The position numbers were made by a program, and so were the translations under genes. DNA of 64,000 bases, taken from assembly GCF_009914755.1 (NCBI RefSeq), contig NC_060930.1. One strand, 5' to 3'. Positions 1 through 17,239 of this stretch are shown one piece after another (the first letter of the stretch is position 1; the number at the start of each line of letters is the position of its first letter). The notes beneath the pieces were generated by a model that saw nothing but the letters and a program-made list of their open reading frames with translations, was not told the DNA's origin and searched no databases. Origin of the DNA: the human T2T-CHM13v2.0 reference genome, Homo sapiens.

Positions 1-3048
<3,048 letters not shown>

Positions 3049-3111
3049 TATGATGCTAGCTATTTATTCTGCTCATTAGTTGATGCAGTTTCTTCATAGT
3101 GTTGATGGTCT

Positions 3112-4146
3112 TTACAATTTTGTATGTTTTTGCAGTAGCTGGTACCAGTTTTCCTTTCCATATTTAGTGCTTCCTTCAAGAGCAACTAAACAAGGCAAGG
3201 CAGGCCTAGTGGTGACAAAATCTCTCAGCATATGCTTGTCTATAAAGGATTTATTTCTCTTTCGCTTATGAAGCTTAGTTTGGCTGGATATGAAATTCTG
3301 GGCTGAAAATTCTTTTCTTTAAGAATGTTGAATATTGGCCCCCACTCGCTTCTGGCTTGCTGGGTTTCTGTAGAGAGATCTGCTGTTAGTCTGATGGACT
3401 TCCCTTTGTGGACAACTCGACCTTTCTCTCTGGCTGCCTTAACATTATTTCCTGCATTTCAACCTTGGTGAATCTGACAATCGCATGTCTTGGGGTTGCT
3501 CTTCTCAAGGAGTATCTTTTTTGTGTCCTCTGTATTTCTCTAATTTGAATGTTGGCCTATATTGCTAGGTTGGGGAAATTCTCCTGGATAATATCCTGAA
3601 GAGTGTTTTCTAACTTGGTTCCATTCTCCCCATCACTTTCAGGTACACCAATCAAACTCAGTTTTGGTCTTTTCACATAGTCCCATATTTCTTGGAGGCG
3701 TTGTTCATTCCTTTTCATTCTTTTTTCTCTAATCTTGTCTTCATGCTTTATTTCATTAAGTTGATCTTCAGTCTCTCTGATAGATATCCTTTCTTCCACT
3801 TGATCAGTTCAGCTGCTGATACTTGTGTAGGCTTCATGAAGTTCTCATGCTGTGTTTTTCAGCTCCAACAGGTCATTAATGTTCTTCTCTAAACTGGTTA
3901 TTCCAGTTAGCAATTCGTTTACCTTTTTTCAAGGTTCTTAGCTTCCTTGCATTAGGTTAGAATATTCCCCTTTAGCTTGGAGGAGTTTGTTATTACCCAC
4001 CTTCTGAAGTCTACTTCTGTCAATTTGTCAAACTCTTTCTCCATCCAGTTTTGTTCCCTTGTGGGAGAAGAGTTGTGATCCTTTGAAGGAGAAGAGGTAT
4101 TCTGTTTTTTGGAATTTTCAGCCTTTTTGAGCTGGTTTTTCCTCAT
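3112..4146 (-). pseudogene. L1 ORF1 (RNA-binding protein), disrupted
   Basis: ATGAGGAAAAACCAG at 4146 (MRKNQLKKAENSK), QEIWDYVKRP..IGVPESDGENGTKLENTLQDIIQENFPNL, stop near 3112. Broken into fragments. Confidence 0.93.
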
Positions 4147-7100
4147 CTTCGTGGATTTATCCAACTTTGGTCTTTGACACTGGTGACCTTCAGGTGGGGT
4201 TTTTGTGTGGATGTCCTTTTTGTTGATGTTGATACTATTCCTTTCTGTTTGTTAGTTTTCCTTCTAAGAGTCAGGCCCCTCTGCTGCAGGTCTGCTGGAG
4301 TTTGCTGGAGGTCCACTCCAGACCCTGTTTTCCTGAGTATCACCAACAGAGGATGCAGAACAGCAAAGATTGCTGGCTGTTCCATCCTCTGGAAGCTTTG
4401 TCCCAGAGGGGCAGCCACCAGACGCCAGCCAGAACTCTCCTGTATGAGGTGTCTGTCGACCCCTGCTGGGAAATGTCTCCCAGTCAGGAGGCACAGGGCG
4501 GTGGGGGTGCCCACTTGAGGAGGCAGTCTGTCCCTTAGCAGAGCTCGAGTATTGTGGTGGGAGATTTCTTCTCTTCAGAGACGGCAGGCAGGAATGTTTA
4601 AGTCTGCTGAAGCTGCGCCCACAGCGACTCCTTCCCCCAGGTGCTCTGTCCCAGGGAGATGGGAATTATATCTATAAGTCCCTGACTGGGGCTGCTACCT
4701 TTCTTTCAGAGATGCCCTATCCAGAGAGGAGGAATCTAGAGAGGCAGTCTGGCTACAGAGGCTTTGCCCAGCTGTGGTGGGCCCCGCCCAGTCTGAACTT
4801 CCTAGTGGCTTTGTTTACACAGTGAGGGGAAAGCTGCCTACTCAAGCCCCTCCGGCAACAAGCTCGAGCATCCCAGGTTGACTTCAGACTGCTGTGCTGG
4901 CAGCGAGAATTTCAAGCCAGTGGATCTTAGCTTGCTGGGTCTATGGGGGTGGGATTCACTGAGCTAGACCACTCGGCTCTCTGGCTTCAGCCCCCTTTCT
5001 AGGGGAGTGAATGATTCTGTCTCGCTGGCATTCCAGGTGCCACTGGGGTATGAAAAAAAGAAAAAACAAACTCCTGAAACTAGCTCGATGTCTGCCCAAA
5101 TGGCTGCCTGGGTTTGTGCTTGAAACCCTGAGCCCTGGTGGTGTTGTCACCTGAGGGAATCTCCTGGTCTGTGGGTTGTGAAGCGCATGGGCAAAGCCTA
5201 GTATCTGGGCCAGAATGCACCATCATGGCACAGTCCCTCAGGGCTTCCCTTGGCTAGGGGAGGGAGTTCCCCAACCCCTTGCACTTCCCAGGTGAGGTAA
5301 CGCCCCACCCTGCTTTGGCTCGCCCTCTATGGGCTGCACCCACTGTCTAACCAGTCCTAATGAGATGAGCTGGGCACCTTAGTTGGAAATGCAGAAATCA
5401 CCTGCCTTCTGTGTTGATCTTGCTGGTAGTTGCAGACCAGAGCTGTTCCTATTCAGCCATTTTGCCAGCCACTGACCTATTTTCTCCCATTCTTTGTGCT
5501 GCCTTTTAACTTTCTTGATATCCTTTGAAGCACAAAATTTTAAAATCTTGATGAAGCCCAATTTGTCTATTTTTCTTTTGTCATCTGAGTTTTTAGTGTC
5601 ATATCTAAGAAACCCATTTCCTAATACAAGGGCACAAAAATTTACTTCTGTGTTTTCTCCTGAGAATTTTATAGTTTTAGCCTTTACATTTAGGTCTATG
5701 ACTGATTTTCAGTTAATTTCTATGTATGGTGTGAAGTAAGAGCTCAACTTCATCCATTTGCATGTGGAAATATAGTTGTTCCAGTATGATTGGTTAAAAA
5801 GATTATTCTTTACCTCATGAATTGTGTTGAGCCCTTTGCTGAAATTAATTGTCTATAAATGTAAGGTTTTTTGTCCGTATTTTCAATTTGCCTAGTACAA
5901 CCTTGTCTTGATTTCTGTAGCTTTGTAGTAAGTTTTGAAATCCAGACATGTGAGTCCTCCAGCTTTGTTCTTTTTCAAAATTCATTTGGTTCCTCTGTGT
6001 TGCTTGAGTTTCTATACAAATTTTCGGATTACTGTGTCAATTTTTATTTTTAAAAAAGCGGCTTGGATTTTGATAGGTATTGCATTGAATCTATAGACCA
6101 CTTTGGGTAGTATTGCTTTCTTAACAATGTTGAGTCTTGCAATCCATGAACATGAAGCATCTTGTCCTTTTTTTAGCTTTTATTTAAATTTTTCAACAAT
6201 GTTTTGTAGGTTTCAGCTTGCAAGTCTTGCAGTTCTTTTATTAAATTTATAACTGTTTCGTTCCACTTGAAGCTATTGTAAATGTATTGCTTTCTTAATT
6301 TCATTTTTGTATTGCTCATCACTAGTGTATAGAAATAGAATTGATTTTTGTGTATTTACCTTGCATGCTTCAACCTTGCAGAACTTGTTCATTAGTTATA
6401 ACAGTATTTGTGTGTGTCTGTGTATTATTAGAATTTTTTACATATAAGATTATATCATGTACAAATAGAGGTAGTTTTACATCTTTCTTTCCAATCTGGA
6501 TATCTTTTATTTCTTATTCTTGCCTAATTACCCTTGCTAGAATATCCAGTACAATGGTAAATAGAAGTGGGGAGAGCAGACACCTTGGTTTTATTCCTAA
6601 CTTTAGGGAAGAGCTTTCAGTTTTTCACGTTTAAGTATGCTAGCTGTGGAGGTTTTTGTAGATGTGGTTTATCAGGTTAAGAAAGTTCTATTCTATTCAT
6701 TGTTTGTTTACTCTTTTTGTCATGAAAAGTTGTTGGGCTTTTGTCAAATGCTTTTCCTATGTCTCTTGAGATTATCATGTACTTTTGGTTCTTTATTCTC
6801 TTCATAGGTACATTACATTGATTGATTTTTGGATGTTAAACTAAGCTTGATTGCTGGGATAAATCCCACTGTGTCTTGATGTGTGATCCTTTTTCTTCTT
6901 TTCTGGATTTGGCTTTTTAGTATGTTGATGATTTTTGCATATATATTCAGAAGGGATATTGGTCTCTAATTTTCTTTTCTTGTGGTCCCTTTGGTTTTGG
7001 TATCAGAATATACTGGCTTTATAACATTGGGAAATGTTCCATCTCTTCTATTTTATGGAATAATTTTGGAAGAATTTTCATTAATTTTTTAAACATTTAG

Positions 7101-7399
7101 TAGAATTTACCATTGAAGCCATCTGGGCCTGGGATTTTCTTCTTGTTAAGTTTAAAAATTACTAATTCAATATCTTTACTTGTTACAGGCCTATTCATAT
7201 TTTCTATTTCTCCTTAAGTCAGTTTTGTTGGTTTGTGTCTTTCTAGGAATTTGTCCATTTCATCAAGTGCATCTAATATGTTGTACAGTTGTTTATAGTA
7301 TTCTCTTACAATCCTTTTTTCATTTCTGTAAAATTGATAGTGCTGTCCCCTCTTTCATTCCAGTTATTAGTAATTCAAGTCTCTTTTTTTCTTGGTAAG

Positions 7400-7778
7400 T
7401 ATTATGGACTGAATTTTATCTTCTCCAAAATTTATATGTTGAATCCCTAACTTCCATGTGATCATATTTGGAGATAGGGCCTTTAAGGAAGTGACTAAGG
7501 TTACATGAGATCATAGTGGTGATATCCTAATCCATTAAGACTGATGTCCTTGTAAGAAGAGGAAGACACACTAGGAACACATAGAGAAAAGGCCATCTGA
7601 GGACACAGCAAGAAGGCAGTCCTCTGTAAGCCAAGGAAAGAGAACTCACCAGAAACTAACCCTGCTGGCACCTTGATGTTGGAATTATAGCCTCCAGAAC
7701 TGTGAGAAAATAAATTTCTGTTGTTTAAGCCACCCAGACTAGGGCATTCTGCTATGGAAGCCCTAGTGGACTGATACA
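7400..7778 (+). mobile_element. MaLR solo LTR (MLT1A/B-like)
   Basis: TATTATGGACTGAA...CCTCCAGAACTGTGAGAAAATAAATTTCTGTTGTTTAAGCCACC...CTGATACA. 5-bp TSD GTAAG (7395-7399) / GTCAG (7779-7783). Confidence 0.9.
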
Positions 7779-8058
7779 GTCAGTCTAGCTAAAGATTTGT
7801 CTGTATTATTGATCTTCTAAAAGATTCAACTTTTGGTTTCACTGATTTTTCTCCATTGCTTTTACATCCCCTATTTCAATTATTTTCACTCTGTTATTTT
7901 CTTCTTTCTGCTTGCTTTGGGTTTAGTTTGCTTTGTTTTTTTTCCAGCTTCTTAAAGTAGAAGATTATGTTATTGATTTGCCATATTTCTTCTTTTCAAA
8001 ATATAGACTTTTAGAGCTTTTAATTTTCCTCTAAGCCCATATTTGACTGCACTAATAA

Positions 8059-8468
<410 letters not shown>

Positions 8469-11189
8469 TTATCTAATTTACACGCATTTATAAATTTTCA
8501 ACATTCCTTATCTTAATGATTTCAATTTTCATTTTACTGTGTCAGAGAACATACCTTGTATGATTTTGATTCTTTAAAAAAATCAGGGATTGTTTTATGG
8601 CCTAACATATGAGATATCCTGGAGAATGTATGCTTGAGAAGAATGCATATTCTGCTGCTGTTAGGTAGAGTGTTTTATAAGATGTCTGTTAGGGATAATT
8701 ATTCAAGTATTCTATTTCCTTGTTGATCTCTGCCTACTTGTTTTATTCTTTATGGAAAGTGGGAATATTAAAATTTCCAACTGTTCACTTTGAATTGCCT
8801 ATTTTCCTCTTCAATTCCATCACTGTTTGCTTCATACATTTTGAGGCTCAGTTATTAGGTACATATAGGTTTATAGTTATTATATTTTCTTCATGGGCTG
8901 GTCTTTTTATTATTATAAAATACCTTTTGTCTTTAGAAAATATTTTTGTCTTAAAGCATATTTAGTTGAATATTAGTATAACCACTTTAGTAATTCTCTT
9001 TTGGTTACTCTTTGTAGGATATATATTTTCCATGTCTTTTCTGTTGACCTATATGTGCCTTTGATACTAAAATGTGTATCTTATAGAAAGCATATATTTG
9101 GATCATACTTTTTTCTTTTTTTTATCCAGTCTGCTAATCTCTGCCTTTTGATTAAAGTGTTTAATCAGTTACATTTAATGTAATTACTGGTAAGGTAGCA
9201 TTTACATTTGACCTCTTGCTATTTGTTATCTGTAAGTCTGATGTCTTTTTTTATTTTACTGCCTTCTTTGGTGTTAAATTGATATTTCCCATGTACTATT
9301 TAATTCCCTTTTTGTTTCTTTTACTGTATTTTTTGAGTTATTTTGTTAGTAGTTACATTGGAGATTTTAACATCAATTAAAATTTTATTTGCTAATTAGT
9401 ATCCACTTAATTTCAGTACAAAACTTTGTTTCAATATAGCTTCATTCCCACCTTCTAGTTGTGTGATTCTTGTTACACAAATTACATCTTTATACATTAT
9501 AAACCCACCTACAAAATTTTATAATTATTGCATTATACAGTTGTCTTTTGAAACATATGAGAGAAGAAAAGAGTTACAAACACAAATACATTTATGCTGT
9601 CTCTTATATTTACCTATGTAATTACCTTTACTGTTGACCTTTTTTTCTTTTTGTGGATTTGAGTTACTATATTATATTCTTTGATTTTAGCCTGAAGAAC
9701 TCCTTTTCGTATTTCTTTTAGGACAGGACAGGTCATGATGAATTTTCTTAGTTTGTTTTCTGATTAAATCTTTTGGATATTCTTTTAATGCATTACTTTC
9801 ATAAAAAATGTAATATATGTGTAGGTATAAAAAACCCTACATTACAATAATTCAGATGCTAAATACACGGTGTTGGGAAGGAGGAAAAGTAATAACATTG
9901 AATTTACATAGTTTTTTTATTTTTCTAAAATGGAGTTAGCTTTATAATTTTTGTCCAGTCTCAAAACACATGCTTATTGTAAAATATTTTAGGATATATA
10001 TATATGAATAAAAAACCCCTGTTCTTTTCAGAATATTGTGTAAACCCACATGTCTTTTTAATGAGATTAAAAATGTAGACGTATTGATTATGACATTTCC
10101 CAAGCTCTGTGCAGCAAATATGCCTTTATTTCTTTTATCACAAACTTTATTTTTATTCCAGGTCCATTCTTCCTAATGATGAAACCTAAGGAGTTACTTC
10201 TAGATAGATTCAGCTTTTTGAAGTGAGTTTTTAGTCAATTCACCCCCTCGCTTCTCCTCAGTGCAACATTTTAGTTTCGGGTGATGTGTTGTTATGCTGT
10301 GTTTAGGCAATAGCGGGAAGGGGCATATGGCCAACATCCTATGGCATCTGCTGAGGTGTAACTCATCCGTTTTATCTTTAATTGCTGGTCTCTGCATTGC
10401 TGCATCTGCTGATATGCTGGAGTCTGCCCGGGCCATGAGTTATGTCCATATAGCTCACTTTATGTTTCCTTACTCCTAATTAGAAGGCTCTACCTGTCCT
10501 GTTTTGTACCCCTTTTGGATATACAAGAGAAATTAGGGTTCTTTCAAGTATCGTCAGGCTCTGCAACTACTGTCATTACCAGTTATTATGGATTGCGTGA
10601 ATTCTAAGCTCAGCTTACTTCAGTAAATTCCAAATGCATGATCTGGCAAATCAATAGCCTTGGCTTTCAAGCCTTTTCCTCTGTTAGGGATGCACACAGT
10701 CTATTTTGAAGTTCAAAGCCAAGAGTTTTTCCCCTCTTTTTTTTCTCTTTGGTGTCCTCCAATTAATGAATGACCTCTGAGACAGTGAATGATATTAAAG
10801 TGATGGCTATCAAGGGAAAAGGACAAAAAGGAAATGCAGGAAAAGTCCTACAGGCAAAATATATCCAAATTCAATCCCATCGCATGGATCTACTTCTTTT
10901 TATTTTCCAAAATGGAAAGTTTATAATTTTATTTTGCTACATTAAGATTATACATAATAATACTGAAAATTTAACCTTTCCAATGAAATATAAGTTGCCT
11001 TGTAGCCATGCCCAAGACCACTGATAACATTCTGTCTATTTACCCTGTCTACATCTCATGTGACCATTTGTGCTGATATGTCTCTACTTTATATGGGTGG
11101 GACATACTATATTTGCCATCTTGTGACCTACTCCTTTTTATTAATATAAAGAATTTTTATTAAATATTGAGAAGATATAAAATGATATG

Positions 11190-12490
11190 TATAAAATATG
11201 TGGGGATGTAAAGAACAATAATACAACTAATTCTCATATGCTAACCACCCAATTATAGAAATGGAAACCCTCCCTTACCTGTGAGTTCCTGTGTCCCCTT
11301 CTAATCTCTTTTTCTTACCCTCCCCAGAGGAAATTATTCTAAATTTTGTATTTTTCCCCCATGGCTTTAATTACAGTTTTTCATATTAGCATGTCTCTAA
11401 CCAATTAGTTAGCCAATAGTTAACCAATAAACCTAATTGTGAATTTTTTTGAAATTTCTACAAATGAAATTGTACTTTATACACTTTCATCTTACTTGGA
11501 TTATCCACCCAACAATTTAACCTAGATTCCTCTCTGTTGCAGTGTACAGTATGGTTTATTTGTTTTTTTGTGGTATGTAGTATTTCATTGTGGAATATAC
11601 CATAATTTATTTTGCTGCCGATGGACATTTGAGCTATTTCTGGTAATTTGCTCTCACAAAAGCTGCTGCTACCAGCCTTCTTGTGCCTATCTTGTAGTGT
11701 AACTCCAGGTCCTCTAGGCTAGACAGATTCTGAAGACAAAAATTCCTGGGTTATAAGTCATGGGCAATCAACATTTGGCTGTCACTTGTTTATTTTTGCC
11801 ATTTAGGTGAATGTAAATGATAGCTCATTTTGGCTTTAATTTACATTTTTTCTGAATACTCAATGAAGTGGCGCATTGTTTTCAATGTCTATTGACAATT
11901 AATATTTTATAATCTTTGAGATAAAATGTTTCATTTCATGCCTGCTCAAATATTTTCCTGCTGGTTTGTTTTTTCTTATTGACTTGTAGAAGTTTTTAAA
12001 ATCTTGTTTTGGTATGAATTCCTTATTGGTTATTATGTGGGTTGCAAACATCTTATCCCAGCTTATGTTTATGTATATTAAGACACATTTGGGCAACTAG
12101 ACTACTTTCAGGGTTTTGCTATTATAACGCACCATTGAATATTTTGTAGCATTTTGTAGAATTTAAAAAATTTGTATTGAGTAGGCTAAATCCCAAGAGT
12201 TCAATTACTAGGTCAAAAGGTATGAATATCTTCATGAATTCTAAATAAATATTGCCTAATTGCTTTCCAAAAAGGTTGTAACAATTTGCAATGCCAGAAA
12301 TAGTCAAAGATGTAACAGTTTCACTCTAATCAACCTTAGCTTTTTGTCATTAAATATTTTTGGCTAGTCTAATGTGCAAAATGTTTCTCAACATTGCTTT
12401 AATTTGCATTTCTTGATTACTAGCATGGATGAGCATTTTTCACAGTGTTTGTTTACTAATAGTATTTTCACTGATGTAAATTGTGTAGTT
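11190..12490 (-). mobile_element. Ancient L1ME-type 3' fragments
   Basis: Diverged L1M 3'UTR motifs (CCCCAGAGGAAATTATTCTAAATTTTG, GATGGACATTTGAG, TTTAATTTGCATTTCTTGATTAC). Confidence 0.65.
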
Positions 12491-14224
12491 TTACCTTCAA
12501 GGTCTTTATTTTATGTTAAGCTAAGAATAGTAAATACAGCTCTCACAAACCAGAAGTAGAAAGCGATTTTCAGTTTTCAAAATGATTATGGAAGATTTTC
12601 CAAGTCTGAGTGCCTTACATACAGCTATTTACGGTGATTTTAACAAAGATTTTTTTTAAAAAAAGTCATCTATATTTCTGGTGGTGGAAATAGAGACAAA
12701 AGAGTTGATCCTTGCTTTTAAGGGATTTATTATTTTAGGTTAAAGTAGAGAAATATGACAGAGTGGTGCTTCAGTGTTTTGGGAGCACAGAGGAGGGCTC
12801 CCTAAGTCAGAAGAAAGTTCTAAAAGGCTTTCCAAAAGTAGTGCCCCTTAAGTTACATCAGGGAAAAGAATGAGTGCTAAGTGGCTGGAGGGGGTGCTGC
12901 AGACCAAGCAGAATGCAGGTGCAAGAGAACAGAGGTGTGGAAGCACATGGTCCTCCCTTGTGATGGACTGGAGCTGGCACTGGAGCAATAGGCTGGAGAC
13001 CCTCCATCCGTGCTAAGGAGTTTCAAATCTATTCAGAAAGTGCTGGAGAGCCTCCAGAGACTTTTAAGCCAATTTAGAAAACTTCTCACAATGGCAGAAT
13101 AGGATGGAGGTTAGGTGGGTGTTGGGGAGAAGAGTATAGAGACATTTAGAAGTTATCTAGGGATAGCTTCTAAAAAGATAGGGTGTAGTCGTGGGAATAA
13201 AGAAGAGGTGATGGATTTGGTAGTATGGAAATAGCCTTAAGAAAACCCAAGACTTAAATCAGATGTGCCATGAGATGAGAAGAGAAGAAGAGGAAAGACT
13301 ACTACACCAGCAGGGACGGGGTGATAGTCTTAGGGGTGGCCCCAGAGACAAGGGCAGAGGCCCTGTGGGTAGATTCATTGTAGGGAGAGTGGCATCAGGG
13401 GACAAATGGGCCTTTTCTCTTCTCACCTGCAGCTCCATTCCTTACCATGAAGAGCCTCTCCTGCAGGCATGTGGACACCCCATATAATTGTGTCCTAGTC
13501 CCTCCGCAACAAATAGCAGCGTCTGAGGCCTGAAGGTGTGCAGAGTAGCTCCATCTGCCCTTGGGAGGACAGAGCCCTGGGAAGAGCCTCATGCAGGCCT
13601 TAAATCAGGCTTGGAGTTGTTGGGGTAGGGAGCTCCAGACTCTTGAGTGCTTAGAGTTATATAGGAAGAGAGAGATTGGGCTGCAAGTAGCCATATACTC
13701 TGGGACTCAGAGACTCCATGCTCTGTGGGGTTGGTCTGGTCAGAGGAGGGAACGAGAGGAGCTCCCTTTGGCTGGACTGAGGGTAGTATATGTGAAAGGT
13801 CTTGCCTGGGCAGGTGGACTTCTGGGAAGAGACGTGGCTTTGAGACTGGAGGCCAAGCTTGTGTTACATGGATCCTGTGGGCAACTTTGGTGGATGCCGT
13901 GCCCCAGCTGAGCTCTTAAGTGGCTGGAATAATCTCATAGCAATAGGGAAGCTAAGAGACTCTTTGAACTTGGTGATGATCACAGTTTTTTGGAGACACT
14001 CACAGGGGATGACATTTATCCACTTTTGCCCAATGCTAGCTTCAGGTTGGCTGCCTGAGGAAATAACTGTGACAGAAAATTACTATTTATGTTAATGAAA
14101 ATCTCCTTTTCAAAATATTAATACTTCTTTTGGTTCTAAATGGTCACAAATGGCTTTTCTATACTTGTTGAGTATGTTTCTCATTCTTTGCAATGGCAAG
14201 CCATTTACAAATGAGCAAGATTAA

Positions 14225-14470
14225 AATATTCAACAACACTCAAAATATTTATTGAGTAACTACTATATGTGGTTGAGGAGATAGTGGTGAAGAAGACAGA
14301 AAAAAATGGCCTTTCTGGGGCTTAGATTCTAGTAAGGGACAAAAAATAAAAATGTCAACAGTGACTATATAAAAAAAGAGATAAATGCTATAGGAAAAAT
14401 AAAACTGGCAATACATTAGAGAGTGACAATGGAGGGAGGAGAAGACTTTTCTAAGGACTGAACTTTTACC
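14225..14470 (-). mobile_element. L2 3' fragment
   Basis: TATTTATTGAGTAACTACTATATG...GAAGACAG matches the antisense L2 3' end. Confidence 0.55.
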
Positions 14471-15326
14471 GTGCATCTCAGCTTTTAGTTCTATGGAGAT
14501 ACTGAAAATGTCTACTTTTAGCTATATGGGCCATTTCTGCCTTCAAGTCATGCATGACCTTCTGACCTTGTTCAATTTTTCTTCTGCTCTAAAAGCTCCA
14601 TGTATTATTCTTTATAGCACTGACCATGTTTTCATTCCACATTTATTGGGGTAATTATTTGATTCATGTCCTTCTCCCCCAGAGTTCTGTGGGAACAGGG
14701 ACAGGGTTAGTCGTTCCTCTCTACTCCATCCAGGCACCAGCAATGAACTTACTGGTTGCAGATGTGCAACCATTATATGTATTTTTCTGTAGTGAACAAA
14801 TGATATACAGTTTTTAAATGCTTAACAAGTCTGGAACTCTGTACTTTTCTGATACGTTTCAAGGTTAGAGTGTACTTGACAAAGAGGGCACATGGCAAAT
14901 ATCTCACTGTATGGAAATGAGTTTTTCCAGATGACCTTAATATATTGATCTTGATGAATAGTATGTGGTCTTCTTTGATTTTGCAAACTGGATCATACCT
15001 ATCTAGCAACAGTGGTAAAAATACAGGTAAAAGAGGAGGGAAGTCCTTTTTGAAATGAAAACTGTTTCTGAGTTGACAGAATAATCTCCCCATGACAGGA
15101 GAGGAAAAGAAGAAAAGTGGAGGATAGAAAGACTAAAATTTAAGCAGAATTTAGACAGAATTAGGAATAAACATGGGATTACTATGTCAAGACAGATTTA
15201 TACATTATTTTCATAATGTTTTTTGTTGGAACTGGGGAAAAGGAGGAAACTAAAATAAACAGTTTGAAAAAAGTGTAAATTCTACAACTACCTTTGCCAA
15301 ATTACTGGGTATTGTTATAAATCAAA

Positions 15327-15461
15327 GGCCAGTCACAGTAGCTCATGCTTATAGTCCCAGCATTTTGAGAGGCTGAGGTGGGAGGATTGCTTGAGACCAG
15401 GAGGTCAAGACAAGCCTTGGGCAACATAGCACGGCCCCGTCTCTAATTAAAAAAAAAAAAA
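15327..15461 (+). mobile_element. Alu monomer (FLAM-like)
   Basis: Single left arm GGCCAGTCACAGTAGCTCATG...GGAGGATTGCTTGAG...CCCCGTCTCT plus polyA; TSD approximately AAATCAAA/AAGTCAAA. Confidence 0.85.
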
Positions 15462-15769
15462 GTCAAAGACTGCCTTATGAATCTTTTCTTTTCAGGGGCT
15501 ACGAAAACTAGATTGGAAAGAGAAATAGGGGACTATTGGGCTTGAACCAGAAAAAATGGATGAATGAGACAAAAAGGGAAGCACAAGTGGAGAGGTTTAC
15601 TGCTTAGGATAAAGATCAAGCCTTGGCAAAATCCTCCTTATCCAAACAAGAAAGTTCAAGACTCTAATAGATATTTGCCAACTTTTCTCGTGTACTCTGT
15701 GCCTTTGCAACTGTAATAACAAATGGGTCAGTAAGGACGGATTACGTAGAAAGATACGATCACCTGAGG

Positions 15770-16030
15770 CTTCTTCCTTCCAGGCCTGGAAGACTCTCAG
15801 TGATAGGAATACCCCACTTTCCAAGGCAGCTCACGTTACCTCTAGACATTTCTATTGGAAAGTTCTTGCTCACATTGAGCTGAAGTCTCTGTCTTCTTAC
15901 AGCTTCTATCTATTGTTCACAGTTCTAACCTTTGGTGCCTTCAAAATAAATCTAATTCGTGTTCCACACAAAATCCTTCAAATATTTGTAAGACAACGTC
16001 ATGTCTGTTTCTCCTGTTATCCCTATTTCT
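15770..16030 (-). mobile_element. L3/CR1 LINE fragment
   Basis: GGAAAGTTCTTGCTCACATTGAGCTGAAGTCT...CCTTCAAATATTTG resembles antisense L3. Confidence 0.6.
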
Positions 16031-16689
16031 TTCTCCACAGGCTACTTTGCTCCACTCTGCAAATGTGTGGTCTCATTTATCATGTCCTTCTTTCTCTATG
16101 ATGCTCCCGATTACAGGATATAGTGGGTGCTAAATATATTTATGCTAAATAAATATTATATACAAAATAAATATATGGTAAATAATTTTTGATGCCAAAT
16201 ATTATATTGCCTTTAAGGAAAACAATACACTTGATAGCTATATCATCCTGTAAATACCTATGGAGCTCACTCCTAGATAAATCCTTGTCTTTTTCAAATT
16301 ATTGTGCTGCCGAGCAGTGTCCCTTCCATTCTATCTTTATGCAGTTACTCATTTAGAACAGTTGTTGTCCTATGGCTCCAGCCTGGTGAATATTTTAGAT
16401 TCTAATTCTGTCTCCAAACTATTTATTATTCTTCACAGTTTTATGCAATAGAAAAGACTGTTAGGCATGCTTCTTTACCTCGCTCCAAATCACTGGTAAA
16501 TCCTGATCAGGAAAGCCTCAATATCAAAGCCTGTACTTACTATTTGAAGGAACTGGCTCACAGGTTGTCATCAATCTGTTAATTGGTGCCTCTTTGGTAT
16601 GGTTGTTCAATTCATTACCAATCTATCTTATCATGCTGTCATCAGGCACAGTAGCTTTCAACTTTCACTGAATATTAGAGTTAACTGAA

Positions 16690-16966
16690 CAACTTTTAGA
16701 AATCCTGGTGTCTAGTCCCCGTGCTGGGCCAATTAAGTCAGAATCTCTGGTGTGGGATCCAGGCATTAATACTCTTTAAAGCTCCTCAGGTGATTTTAAT
16801 GGGCAGCCAAGGTTGGAAACAACTGATATAGCCCAATACTCTCCAAACTTCTTTGATCAAAATAATTATCTGGGGTATATTTTATAAGGTCAAATTCCTA
16901 GTGTCATCCCTTAGTCACTGAATCAGACAGAATATCCTGGGAAGCTTCAGAAACTTAGGAACACTG
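16690..16966. mobile_element. Two adjacent MER5-family (hAT-Charlie) relics
   Basis: TCAGAATCTCTGG...AAAGCTCCTCAGGTGATTTTAAT..CAGCCAAGGTTGGAAACAACTG (to 16826); a second degenerate copy at 16835-16966 ends GGAACACTG. Confidence 0.7.
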
Positions 16967-17167
16967 ATAACTCATACATAAGACATTTTCTTCCAAAAGA
17001 ATATGATCAGAGGAGTAGTCAAATCTCTGTTGAAATCTAGATTTACTATTTCAACCACATTTCTCTGTAAAAGAACAAAATAAGTCAGTATAACTCATAT
17101 ACATATAGTAGATTACATTTTGTGGTAAAATATTATCTTATTTATGGTAGCCTCTTAGATGAAGTCA

Positions 17168-17199
<32 letters not shown>

Positions 17200-17213
17200 A
17201 TCTATCTATCTAT
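17168..17213 (+). repeat. (TATC)8 ATC (TATC)2 tetranucleotide microsatellite
   Basis: Read directly from the sequence. Confidence 0.97.
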
Positions 17214-17239
17214 AAATATTTGTGAATATTTGAAGGCAT

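Noticed and set aside
17168-17213. Possible named forensic STR locus
   Set aside because: The flanks do not match any marker I can recall; reported only as a microsatellite.
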